The notes beneath the pieces were generated by a model, which was not told the origin of the DNA, searched no databases, and worked only from the letters and a program-made list of their open reading frames with translations. A stretch of DNA of 64,000 nt from Spirulina sp. (GTDB taxonomy: Bacteria > Cyanobacteriota > Cyanobacteriia > Phormidesmidales > Phormidesmidaceae). The stretch spans positions 32,001-96,000 of the forward strand of contig JBIPSI010000007.1 in the NCBI GenBank assembly GCA_044070495.1, given 5' to 3'. The position numbers were made by a program, and so were the translations under genes. Within the stretch, counting starts at the first letter, position 1. Every line of letters begins with the position of its first letter. Positions 1 through 8,852 of the stretch are shown here, piece after piece.

Positions 1-73
1 AGACGGTGATGATATGAGGGACAGATGAGTGATTGGAGAACGGCAAATTTGCTGAACTGAGCCTTGCTGCCAT
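1..73 (-). CDS. 5' end of a gene running off the left edge (MAARLSSANLPFSNHSSVPHIITV...), product unknown
   Basis: ATG at 73 preceded by AAGGA on the minus strand; frame stays open to position 1; divergent from the ORF at 280. Confidence 0.4.
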   Translation of the reverse strand, partial: MAARLSSANLPFSNHSSVPHIITV

Positions 74-279
74 GAGTCCTTTTTCCTCGCACTTAACCCA
101 CTTCAACCCTCCAGACAGCTTCGAGGAGTTAATGATAGAATGAGGGCCTCAGCCCTTTTCTAGGGTAGTCTAGTCCACGAAAGATAAAGGACTTCAGGGC
201 TTGACAGAAAAAGTGTCCGGATCATGGCCGCTTTAGGGGCTATGTTAAAGAATGGTAGACGCCTCTAGGGAATCGTGAC

Positions 280-1923
280 ATGGTTAAAGCATGGGTACAA
301 TCACTTCAGTCAACGATTGATGTGCCCAACGTGCAGGTCGTCATGGTGGAAGCGGAGCCGATTCAGGTTATCCTCCGCAGCCAAAACTCATCTGCTATCA
401 GCCAATCTCAACCCTGGGTAGCATGGCTGAAACGCCATTGGCCCGGAGATAGCCGTGAAGTCACCCTTGAAGCCTACTGTGGCAAAGTCTGTTTGTGGCG
501 CGAAGTCGTTACCGTGACGGCTAGCATGGACCAGTTGCTTGCAGGTCTCACTTCCGACCTAGATACAGACTTTCCTATCGGTCAACCAGCCACTAACGCA
601 GCCACCGTGACAAGTGGTATCAAGGCGTCCGATTATCAGCTTGCCTGGATTGGGCTAGCCGTTATTTTTTCCTTAAATACGTTATCACAGCGTTTAGGTG
701 AGGTTGTTTCCATTAGCAATTTCCTAGAAAATGTTGGCGTTGACAGCATTTTTTTGATCTGGTTTTTGGATGCTGTCCTTCTCATTTTAGCAACGTCCTT
801 TCAGTCTTTATTAGTAGATCGAATTTTTCGGCTAACTCTGACAAAAATTGTGGCTCTTGCGGTGGCTATCTTGTTTGCTCTGTGCTGGTTACTGATGGCC
901 GTGGGAGCCCCCAGCAGCTTGACATTTACCCTAATGTTTTTGATTGCCCAACAGCAAACGGTCTTTGTCCCCGTCATCCTCTGGACCTTAGCAAATGATG
1001 TGTTCGACGTTGCCACAGGGCGGCGACTCTTTCCTCGCCTAGCGGCGGTTGCCTTCATTGGTAGCCTAGTTGGCAGTGGCATTGCGGCCCTGATGCCCCA
1101 TATTCAAGGTGGACTCGGTGTTGAGACAATTCTCCTCAGCAATGTAGCTATTTATTTAGGCATTATTTTAATCTTACAGCTAGGATTTAAGCCTGAGTGG
1201 ATTCGTAAAACTACCACCACCACGCTCAAGGCCGCAGACGTTCTCCAAGAAGGATTTGGCTTTATTAAAGATGTGCCAGCGTTTAAGTTTCTTATCCTCT
1301 CACTGGTTCTCCTCTACGCTGGCGATGTTTTGATTGAGTACTATTTCTTTGCTGCGACTAATGCCGTCTTTCCCGACCTTGACCAATTTCAGACCTTTTT
1401 CGGCATCTTCTCACTTCTGCGGCAGGTGGCCTATCTAATCATTCAGGTGTGGGTCGTAGAGCGTCTTATCAATGCGTTGGGCCTTCAGTCGATCTGGCTG
1501 GTGGCACCGATTGCAATGGTGCTAGCGGGCACGAGTGCATTGGGGGTGGCGGGACTGGCGGGGGCTGTTTTAAGTGTTACCTTGCTCAAACTTCCCCTCT
1601 ACGGTGTTGACGAGACGGCCCGGAAAAATCTCCAGGGATTAATTCCGGAAGAGCGGCGGGGTCGGGTGAGTCTCTTTATGGATGGTTACGTAATCGCCCT
1701 TGGCTCAATGATTGGTGCCATGATGGGGGCAGGGGCTTTATACCTGGGCACACAATTTGCCTTTCCGAGCCAAACTGGCCTTCGGCTGCTGGTTGTAGGG
1801 CTTGGTTGCGTTGCCATCTATATGGCGTTGCAGGTTCGCCGCACCTATGAGGCTTCGATGCTGAACTGGCGTCTCAAACGTCGTCAGCGCGGACGTTCCT
1901 CTATTCTTGATCAATTTCAGTAG
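280..1923 (+). CDS. NTT (Npt1/Npt2, TLC)-like MFS-fold membrane transporter with a ~115-aa soluble N-terminal extension
   Basis: About 12 hydrophobic segments; 'LWTLANDVFDVATGRRLFP' and 'LQGLIPEERRGRVSLFMD' resemble NTT/TLC-family motifs. Confidence 0.65.
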   Translation: MVKAWVQSLQSTIDVPNVQVVMVEAEPIQVILRSQNSSAISQSQPWVAWLKRHWPGDSREVTLEAYCGKVCLWREVVTVTASMDQLLAGLTSDLDTDFPIGQPATNAATVTSGIKASDYQLAWIGLAVIFSLNTLSQRLGEVVSISNFLENVGVDSIFLIWFLDAVLLILATSFQSLLVDRIFRLTLTKIVALAVAILFALCWLLMAVGAPSSLTFTLMFLIAQQQTVFVPVILWTLANDVFDVATGRRLFPRLAAVAFIGSLVGSGIAALMPHIQGGLGVETILLSNVAIYLGIILILQLGFKPEWIRKTTTTTLKAADVLQEGFGFIKDVPAFKFLILSLVLLYAGDVLIEYYFFAATNAVFPDLDQFQTFFGIFSLLRQVAYLIIQVWVVERLINALGLQSIWLVAPIAMVLAGTSALGVAGLAGAVLSVTLLKLPLYGVDETARKNLQGLIPEERRGRVSLFMDGYVIALGSMIGAMMGAGALYLGTQFAFPSQTGLRLLVVGLGCVAIYMALQVRRTYEASMLNWRLKRRQRGRSSILDQFQ

Positions 1924-1955
1924 CCTGCCACCACTCTCTTAAGTAGCAATTCAAT

Positions 1956-3104
1956 ATGACTGTATCCGCCGAAATCCACTCAGATAAATTACGCAGAAAA
2001 CAGCGCTTCATTAGCTTACAGATTCGGTTGCTGGTTGGGTTCACCGTCATCTTCACAGGCGTGTTCTCAGCCGCCTACTACTGGTTCTATACCTTTACAA
2101 TTGAGAGCGCTGTTGCCAGCCTGCGAAGAGATTTGAATAACACGCTGGAGGGCGCTGCATCTGGCATTGACGGTGACGAGCTGCTAGATCTCTATAAAAC
2201 AGGGGAACCCAACGCCGAGGGCTTCTCGGATGATCCTCGCTATCTGAACCAACTTGCCTGGTTTGAGACGATTCAGCAGTTAGAACCTCGTGCCTGGCCC
2301 TACTCGTACACCATGGTCGGTCTAATGGGCCATGAAACGGCTCGAAAGCAGGTGCAGGAGGATGGCAAGGTGCGCGTTGAAACCTTTCAGCCCAGCGATG
2401 ATCGCCAGCTTGTCGGCTTAGTAGACCTGTGGGCCATTCGTGATCCGGCCAAATCCTACCTATTTCTCGACATGGGTGAAGCCAGTGACTATTCTGTGAT
2501 GGCCTGGAAGCAGGATCGGTTAGTAGAACGCCCCGACCTGTATACCGATGAATGGGGCGAGTGGTTTAGTTCCTATATCCCCATCCATAATTCAGATGGT
2601 GAAGTCGTAGCCCTTTTGGGTATCGATTTCGAGGCCAGCTACGTCAACCAACTGAAGCGATCCTTAGTGAATCAGATTATTATTTCGTTCAGTCTGGCCT
2701 ATGGCAGCCTATTTATTCTAGTTTATATAAGTGCTAGATTCTTTACACAACCGCTGAAGCGGTTGAGTTTTGCTGCCCAGAAGATTGCTAATGCAGATTA
2801 TGATGGCACTGAAGAACTAAAGCTTTTGAGCAATCGTAATCTACGTGATGAATTTACCGATCTCTCTGACACCTTCATTATGATGACTGCTAAAATTAGA
2901 GGCCGTGAAGAGGCCCTAAAAACAAGAGTTCAGAAGTTGCAAATAGAAATTGACGAAACCCGTAAACAACGTGAAGTCAATGAAATTGTTGAGTCTGATT
3001 TTTTTCAAGACTTACTACAAAAAGCCGAAAAAATCCGTCGCCGTTCTAGGGATTTTCGTGATGACTCGCCGAACTTAGACGACAATCTACCCAGTGAATC
3101 CTGA
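1956..3104 (+). CDS. Membrane sensor: TM - Cache-like extracytoplasmic domain - TM - HAMP - short C-terminal coiled coil; no catalytic output domain
   Basis: Two TM helices; 'YTDEWGEWFSSYIPI...VALLGIDF' Cache-like pocket; HAMP 'QPLKRLSFAAQKIA...DEFTDLSDTF'; tail 'LQIEIDETRKQREVNEIVESDFFQDL'. Confidence 0.75.
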   Translation: MTVSAEIHSDKLRRKQRFISLQIRLLVGFTVIFTGVFSAAYYWFYTFTIESAVASLRRDLNNTLEGAASGIDGDELLDLYKTGEPNAEGFSDDPRYLNQLAWFETIQQLEPRAWPYSYTMVGLMGHETARKQVQEDGKVRVETFQPSDDRQLVGLVDLWAIRDPAKSYLFLDMGEASDYSVMAWKQDRLVERPDLYTDEWGEWFSSYIPIHNSDGEVVALLGIDFEASYVNQLKRSLVNQIIISFSLAYGSLFILVYISARFFTQPLKRLSFAAQKIANADYDGTEELKLLSNRNLRDEFTDLSDTFIMMTAKIRGREEALKTRVQKLQIEIDETRKQREVNEIVESDFFQDLLQKAEKIRRRSRDFRDDSPNLDDNLPSES

Positions 3105-3134
3105 CACCTAGAAAAGCCGTCATAACGATGTTTT

Positions 3135-3404
3135 CTGCCTGCCTAACACAATACCGAAAAGCTTTGCTTTCCCGTAGTAGCGCATCTAGTCTAATGCATA
3201 GGGTGCATAACGCCAAGGCGAGGCTAGCGCCAACGCGAAGCAATGCACTACCCAAAGCCTTGAGAGAAACCAGACCCAATATTTTAGACCTGACGCACCA
3301 GTAGGTTGGCGCGATAGCAGCACCCAACCAGCCTGAAACCTATGGCGGGTATTGGGTTCCGCTCTGCTGTACGTAACCTACTTGAAGATATATCAGGCAA
3401 TCAG
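3135..3404 (-). mobile_element. Degenerate MITE (type A core) carrying a nested ~123-bp element at 3178-3300
   Basis: Matches the reverse complement of 43240-43387 at both ends; flanks cgatgtttt/cgacctttt (7/9 TSD match); nested piece has imperfect 17-bp TIRs (12/17). Confidence 0.65.
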
Positions 3405-3430
3405 CGACCTTTTAGTGAGGATATCCCGTT

Positions 3431-4711
3431 TTGACTGCTCTGGTCATCTGCAATACCTATGAATCCTACGGTTCTTTCCTTCGCGATCTCAAGGGTCCCG
3501 TAGACCATGTTCATAGCGTTGGGGATCGCTCACTTTTTTACCTTTCCTGCCCTAAGATTTTAGTGACGAGTATTAGACCGCCCCATATTGATTATATTCA
3601 GTCCCTAGGCTACACCATTCAGTGCTTGTCACCCCGTCAGCCCAGTCCATCTATCTGTCGCGATTTGATAGATGACCCTGAACTCCGTCAGGCCCTTTTA
3701 GCCGCGATGGAGCATACATCACAGGTGGAGGTGATTCCCTACTGCAATACCCCTGATTTTTTTCAGATGGTGGCCCACTATCAAGCTGAATACCCGCTGG
3801 AAATCACAACACCGGAATCACCATCGGCCCAACTAAGCTGGCTTCGTGACGCCTTGGACCGCAAATCTGTATTTTCAATGTTGGCACCTTCACTTTTGGA
3901 GGGCACGGATTGCAAGCTAACCCCCCGTGTCGTGGCTGACTCGCTAGCCCAAGCGGCGGCAGCGGTTGAATCCTTTCTGATTCAAACCCAGTCCTGTGTT
4001 GTGAAGCCAGATGCCGGCTACCTCAGCTTGGGATTGATGCGATTCGACCCTGAAACAGCATGGACAAGGGAGAAAATCGAGGCACACCTTGGCACCAATG
4101 CAGCCCTTGGCCGTCGAAAACTGTCCGTTGAATCATGGATTCCCAGCGGAACAGACTGCCAATCACCTTCCGTTGAAGTGTTTGTACCGCACGAGGGCAA
4201 TCCCTACATCACCTATATTTGCGACCAGGTTTTCTCGGATTCTAATCTGTTCTCTGGGATTAGCCTGCGGCCTGAATTTTACGAAACAGCCTGGGCACAG
4301 ACCCTCAGCACAGGAGCATTGGCCATCGCACGACGGCTTCAGAGCTTAGGCTACTGTGGCTACTTCGATCTCGATGCAGTGGTTGATCCGGATGGGCAGG
4401 TATATGTCGTGGAGATGAATCCCCGTCGCACCGGTGGCACCCATGTTCATGAAATGGCGGAATTTCTGATTGGGAAAGACTACCGCAATAAGGCTGTGCT
4501 TTTGAGTGGTTCACTAACCCTTAAACGTCATTGTACGTGGCCAGAATTAGAGATGACTCTGCGGGATAATGACTTGCTATATCCCCAAGGACCAGTCGTT
4601 CCAGTACAGACATCGTCGTTGCCTGGAGGAGTTTTAAGCTATGCGGTGATAGCGGCAGATTGGGGCACGGTGAAGTTTTGGCAGGGACGGCTGCTAGCGT
4701 TATTAACGTAG
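3431..4711 (+). CDS. ATP-grasp domain protein (putative amide/peptide ligase)
   Basis: 'CVVKPD', 'GYCGYFDLDAVVDPDGQVYVVEMNPRRTGGT' (ExNxR motif); TTG start behind GAGG. Confidence 0.8.
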   Translation: MTALVICNTYESYGSFLRDLKGPVDHVHSVGDRSLFYLSCPKILVTSIRPPHIDYIQSLGYTIQCLSPRQPSPSICRDLIDDPELRQALLAAMEHTSQVEVIPYCNTPDFFQMVAHYQAEYPLEITTPESPSAQLSWLRDALDRKSVFSMLAPSLLEGTDCKLTPRVVADSLAQAAAAVESFLIQTQSCVVKPDAGYLSLGLMRFDPETAWTREKIEAHLGTNAALGRRKLSVESWIPSGTDCQSPSVEVFVPHEGNPYITYICDQVFSDSNLFSGISLRPEFYETAWAQTLSTGALAIARRLQSLGYCGYFDLDAVVDPDGQVYVVEMNPRRTGGTHVHEMAEFLIGKDYRNKAVLLSGSLTLKRHCTWPELEMTLRDNDLLYPQGPVVPVQTSSLPGGVLSYAVIAADWGTVKFWQGRLLALLT

Positions 4712-4830
4712 TCATAGCTAACGGATGGGGCGGGCTCGACTGATCAGACTGCATCGTAGGTACTAACCGTCAGATAGAGCGTCCATTTTTGGATATCTCT
4801 GCCCTTCTGCATACGAGATTGGGTATAGGA

Positions 4831-5880
4831 CTAGTCTTCGTCGTAGCGATTCCGGATGATTTTTGACTTTTCAGCTATTCCCTTAAAGAAGTTATTATCG
4901 GCCATATCTTGTACTTCTTTCGCGTGTTTTTTCTCATCGATTTCAGTGTGCAAATCTGATGCCTGTTGCTTCAGCTTAAATTCACGCATTTTTATATGTT
5001 CGAGCATAGCCTTTAAGACCATAGCCAACTGGGTAATTTCATCTTCGATAAACGGCTGGGAGACCTCATTGAGGTCTTGACTATAGTTGCCATCCTCAAT
5101 GTCGTGGACAACTTTAGTAAGATTAATTGTGCAGCGGATGACACGATTAGCCAGAATGTAAATCAGGATAACTAGGATCGCATAACATCCTAAAAATGTG
5201 ATCAATACACGCTGGAAAATACCGCGCTTAATTTCGCCTAGGTACTCAGCAGTAAGATCGGCTCCAATGCCAAAACCCGGAACAATATTGCCCTGGCTAT
5301 CGCGAATAGGGGCATAGGCCGTGATCCATCCTCCCCACTGATCATAGAGGGGTACCTCAGGCCGATGGACAACAACCCCCTTCTCAAGGGTTTCAATCAT
5401 TTGCGGACTGGCGGCGTAGGGCTCTAGAAACTTAACAGACTTAGAAGGATCATAGTCCGACCAAAGATCTACTAAAAAGATGACTTCGTCATTGGTCAGC
5501 ACTGGTTCGCCCACCCGGCGCGTGTCTGGACGATTGCCACGCACGAAGGAATAGGGCCAAACGTCAGGATTGACATTGTGTACTTGCTGAAACCAATCCA
5601 TTTGCTGCCGATAGAGCAGGCTGTCGGAAAATCCTTCACGATTGGGTTGAGCCTCTCGGTAAAGGCGGATCATGTCCTCCCCAGAAACCCCAGCCGCCGC
5701 CGCAAGGAGAGCATCCTCTAGGTTTTTCCGCATTCGCTGAACCGCCACATCCACCGCAAAATTGTAGAGGAGATAAAAGAGGGTGCCAAAGGTCGCCGTG
5801 AAGAGGACAGTAAAAATGATTAACAGCTTAGCCCGAATACTAATAAACTTAACCGGCTTTTTCAAAGATTTTTGAATCAT
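4831..5880 (-). CDS. Membrane sensor (Cache-like + HAMP, no output domain); paralogue of 1956-3104
   Basis: Shares PNxEGFSD, WPYS, LVDLW..DPxKS..FL, YDxWGxW and the C-terminal EIDExK...EV..FF motif with the first copy. Confidence 0.75.
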   Translation of the reverse strand: MIQKSLKKPVKFISIRAKLLIIFTVLFTATFGTLFYLLYNFAVDVAVQRMRKNLEDALLAAAAGVSGEDMIRLYREAQPNREGFSDSLLYRQQMDWFQQVHNVNPDVWPYSFVRGNRPDTRRVGEPVLTNDEVIFLVDLWSDYDPSKSVKFLEPYAASPQMIETLEKGVVVHRPEVPLYDQWGGWITAYAPIRDSQGNIVPGFGIGADLTAEYLGEIKRGIFQRVLITFLGCYAILVILIYILANRVIRCTINLTKVVHDIEDGNYSQDLNEVSQPFIEDEITQLAMVLKAMLEHIKMREFKLKQQASDLHTEIDEKKHAKEVQDMADNNFFKGIAEKSKIIRNRYDED

Positions 5881-6433
5881 AGTCTTTCCCCATATCGAAA
5901 TCCCCGAAATCAGTATGATTGATCGTGAGGGCTAGAAGTTGCTGCTGTCTAAGACACTCTCTTTTCGCTTATGCCAAGCCAATCGCCCGACTAACATGCT
6001 GATATTAAAGGTTTGAACCACTTTCAGTTTTGACATCAGGGCAGTGATGGCTGCAACAAAGGCAACGATGCAATGGAGATTACTCCTTAATCAGTCTATT
6101 CGCGTTAGCCAGCCTGTCATGGTGAGCATAGCAATAATTAACGACTCTAAAATACTATCCTAGCCCAATCATATAGCCCTGAGCATCATTATCCAGAGAG
6201 AGGAAATCTCTAGCCACTATATCTAACGACGATGATTTCGGATAACTTTTGTGCGAAGGAATTTCCGAGCAGCAAAAGCCCGAGTAATAGGGTAAGGTTG
6301 GCTTCCGAAGAACGATGCACAGGAAGTTTCGGCATGGCAATCTAGCGGTAACGGCAGGGATGGAGACGACCGGGGGCTAGCTAATCAATACTGACATCGG
6401 CAAGGGATATCAGGGAAATCGGCCCAAAAGGGT

Positions 6434-7531
6434 CTAGTAATCATCAGGTTCTTGGTAAATGGCGGTACCTCCGGTGTAGGTTCGCAGAACGATCTGCTGG
6501 TCAGGGCCTTGGCCGAGGATGGTTGGTGGCGACACCACGACCTTGCCGCCGCCACCGGGGGCATCCACGACGTATTTGGGTACGGCATAGCCGCTGGTAT
6601 AGCCCTGTAGCTGGGAGATGATCTCCAGTCCCTTGGCAATGGAGGTACGAAAATGCCCTGCTCCGGCCACCAAGTCACACTGGTATAGATAGTAGGGGCG
6701 CACCCGGTTTTTGACGAGCCGGTGCAGGAGTTGGCGCTGTACCTCCACCGTGTCGTTAATGCCCGCCAGCAAAACACTTTGGTTGCCGAGGGGAATGCCA
6801 GCATCCGCTAGGCGTGCGAGGGCCAAGGACACCTCGTCCGTGATCTCACGGGGATGGTTGCTGTGGATGTTGATCCAAAGGGGATGGAACTGGCGCAACA
6901 GGTCACACAACTCAGGGGTGATGCGCTGGGGCAAGAATATCGGCACTCGACTGCCAATGCGAATAATCTCGATATGCTGGATGGCCCTCAATTCCTTGAG
7001 CAGGTGCCCTAGGGCCACATCGGAGAGCGTAAGGGGATCCCCGCCGCTGATCAGCACATCGCGAACTTCAGGGTGCTGCCTAAGGTAGTCGATTTGAGCT
7101 TCTAGGTTGTCTAATCCGGGAGTTTGGTGAAAATCCCCTACGATACGACTGCGAGTGCAGTAGCGGCAATAGCTGGCGCAGTGCGTCGTGACAATCATCA
7201 GCACCCGATCCGGATAGCGATGAACCAGTCCCGGCACCGGGCTTTGTTTTTCCTCGCACAGACTATCCACCATCAGTTCGTCCATCGGCTTTAGCTCTCG
7301 CCCCAAGGGGATCACCTGCCGCCGAATGGGACAATTCAGATCCGTCGGGTCAATCAGCTGGGCAAAGTAGGGGGTAATGTCCACCCGAAAATGACCTGGT
7401 GCACTCAGTCCTTCTCGTTCCTCAGGGCTGAGGTGGATCAAATCTTCTAATTCGTCCATTGAATTTAGACGGTGCTTGAGCTGCCAACGCCAGTCCTGCC
7501 AGTCCTTTGTGGGAACATCCGTCCATTTCAT
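6434..7531 (-). CDS. kamA: KamA-family radical SAM enzyme, lysine 2,3-aminomutase
   Basis: CxxxCxxC (CASYCRYC), 'HRYPDRVL', 'SGGDPL', 'YQCDL', 'VVDAPGGGGK' with the PLP lysine. Confidence 0.9.
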   Translation of the reverse strand: MKWTDVPTKDWQDWRWQLKHRLNSMDELEDLIHLSPEEREGLSAPGHFRVDITPYFAQLIDPTDLNCPIRRQVIPLGRELKPMDELMVDSLCEEKQSPVPGLVHRYPDRVLMIVTTHCASYCRYCTRSRIVGDFHQTPGLDNLEAQIDYLRQHPEVRDVLISGGDPLTLSDVALGHLLKELRAIQHIEIIRIGSRVPIFLPQRITPELCDLLRQFHPLWINIHSNHPREITDEVSLALARLADAGIPLGNQSVLLAGINDTVEVQRQLLHRLVKNRVRPYYLYQCDLVAGAGHFRTSIAKGLEIISQLQGYTSGYAVPKYVVDAPGGGGKVVVSPPTILGQGPDQQIVLRTYTGGTAIYQEPDDY

Positions 7532-7981
7532 AATGCTGTACTCTAATACATAATGGTGTCATTTCGGGCACCCTGCATAACTCAACCTATGCCTAGCATG
7601 CCCACTTCACCGCTAGTCTTCCACCTTAAAACAGAGGGGAAAACTGCATTGGGCAACAGCGACTAAGCTTCGATGTGCTAGGGACTTTAGGTAAGTTCAC
7701 TCGATTCCAGACTAATTTCGCATCAACTTTGGCCTAAATCATCGGTTTTCATTAAGATAAGCCGCTGTTTTGACCTTGCCATGGATCAAGCTGACAGGAT
7801 GAGGAAGACAGTGAACCCACCCCAGAGACCTTGCAGGCAAGGCGTTTAGGATTATTCTGACTTAGACATTCTGCTCCATCGGCTAACAGCTTATTCGTCA
7901 AGAAATCGCTACATATAATAGTTTTCTAACAGATGACGCGAATCTGACCAATGCTAACCCTGCGAACAATGGACTTAGCTC

Positions 7982-8128
7982 CTGACGACCTGGCACAGCG
8001 ACTAGGTAGGTTAGGTGCAGCGGAGCGAAACCCAACACTCGCCGAAGATTTGGGGCTTGCTGAGTTCTGCTATCGCGCCACCCAACCTGCGGATATAGAG
8101 GCTTTTCGACGTTATGTTCGGCAGCCAG
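7982..8128 (+). mobile_element. MITE, type A core (REP-like GTAGGTT...AACCT[A/G]C hairpins)
   Basis: Colinear and similar in length to 43240-43387; no clear TSD, so probably decayed. Confidence 0.7.
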
Positions 8129-8165
8129 GCCCTTGGTTTTACTTCATTTAACTGAAGTTTGCCAT

Positions 8166-8295
8166 CTGGTTGACTGACAAAACTTGCGAGAACCCAAATC
8201 CGCCAAAGGGTCAGGAGACCTGACCCCTACATTATCCAAATCCTGTAGGGGCGCGGTTTCCGCGTCCGGCGCAGGATCTTCTGTCAGTCAACCAG
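8166..8295 (+). mobile_element. 130-bp MITE, type B core
   Basis: Perfect 14-bp TIR CTGGTTGACTGACA; flanks gtttgccat/gcttgccat (8/9 TSD match); near-identical to 22987-23116. Confidence 0.9.
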
Positions 8296-8395
8296 GCTTG
8301 CCATAGAAACCTAGAATAATAAGCATAGAAAAAAATCATCTATCCTGATGCTTCGGATATTTTCGCCAAAAATTTTCATCATGAATCCAAAATGA

Positions 8396-8842
8396 TTATA
8401 CCGAAGCGACTTCAACCAGGGTTAGGTTAACAATACTACGTACTGGCGTACCATCCGGAAGAAACATGGTCAACTTATAGCTGAGAGATTGTACAAAGCA
8501 GCGTAGATACTCTTGACTGCCCCACGTAAATACATAAATTGGTGGTCGATCTTTGCCATCTAAAAATTCAACAGCCTGGCGAAATTTACTGATGTATTCC
8601 GTGTAAACATTGCCACCACTTTCGTAGGTATCAAAGACAATATTACTAATAGTTAATCGCCAAGGTTCTGGAGAGCCAAAGCTAATTTTTGGCAGTCCAG
8701 AGTCTGTCCGAGAACCAGGGGATGAATTGAGATTAACAGTGCGATCAAAGTTTAACTCCGTGGGGTTGAACATAAATTCAATCGTATCAATCGTGCTGTT
8801 TCCCTCTCGTGCAATTAGCTTAGCCTTAACTGGATTTGTCAT
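8396..8842 (-). CDS. CIS tube-initiator protein (CIS_tube / Afp7-like N-terminal domain), no LysM
   Basis: 'FMFNPTEL', 'RPPIYVFTWG', 'SLSYKLTMFLPDGTPVRSIVNLTLVE'. Confidence 0.85.
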   Translation of the reverse strand: MTNPVKAKLIAREGNSTIDTIEFMFNPTELNFDRTVNLNSSPGSRTDSGLPKISFGSPEPWRLTISNIVFDTYESGGNVYTEYISKFRQAVEFLDGKDRPPIYVFTWGSQEYLRCFVQSLSYKLTMFLPDGTPVRSIVNLTLVEVASV

Positions 8843-8852
8843 AGCCTTAGTA

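Noticed and set aside
5881..6433. Possible riboswitch or precursor peptide for the ATP-grasp enzyme (including the ORF at 6155-6340)
   Set aside because: No recognisable aptamer, RBS or leader/core pattern; cannot be supported without an Rfam or conservation search.
6434..7531. EpmB (EF-P modification) or glutamate 2,3-aminomutase call
   Set aside because: No efp or epmA nearby; it has the KamA-type W..W.WQL N-terminus and the lysine-specifying Asp residues.
7951..8151. 66-aa ORF (and similar ORFs at 43185-43464, 3046-3327, 54726-54929)
   Set aside because: These are translations of MITE/REP sequence, not credible genes.
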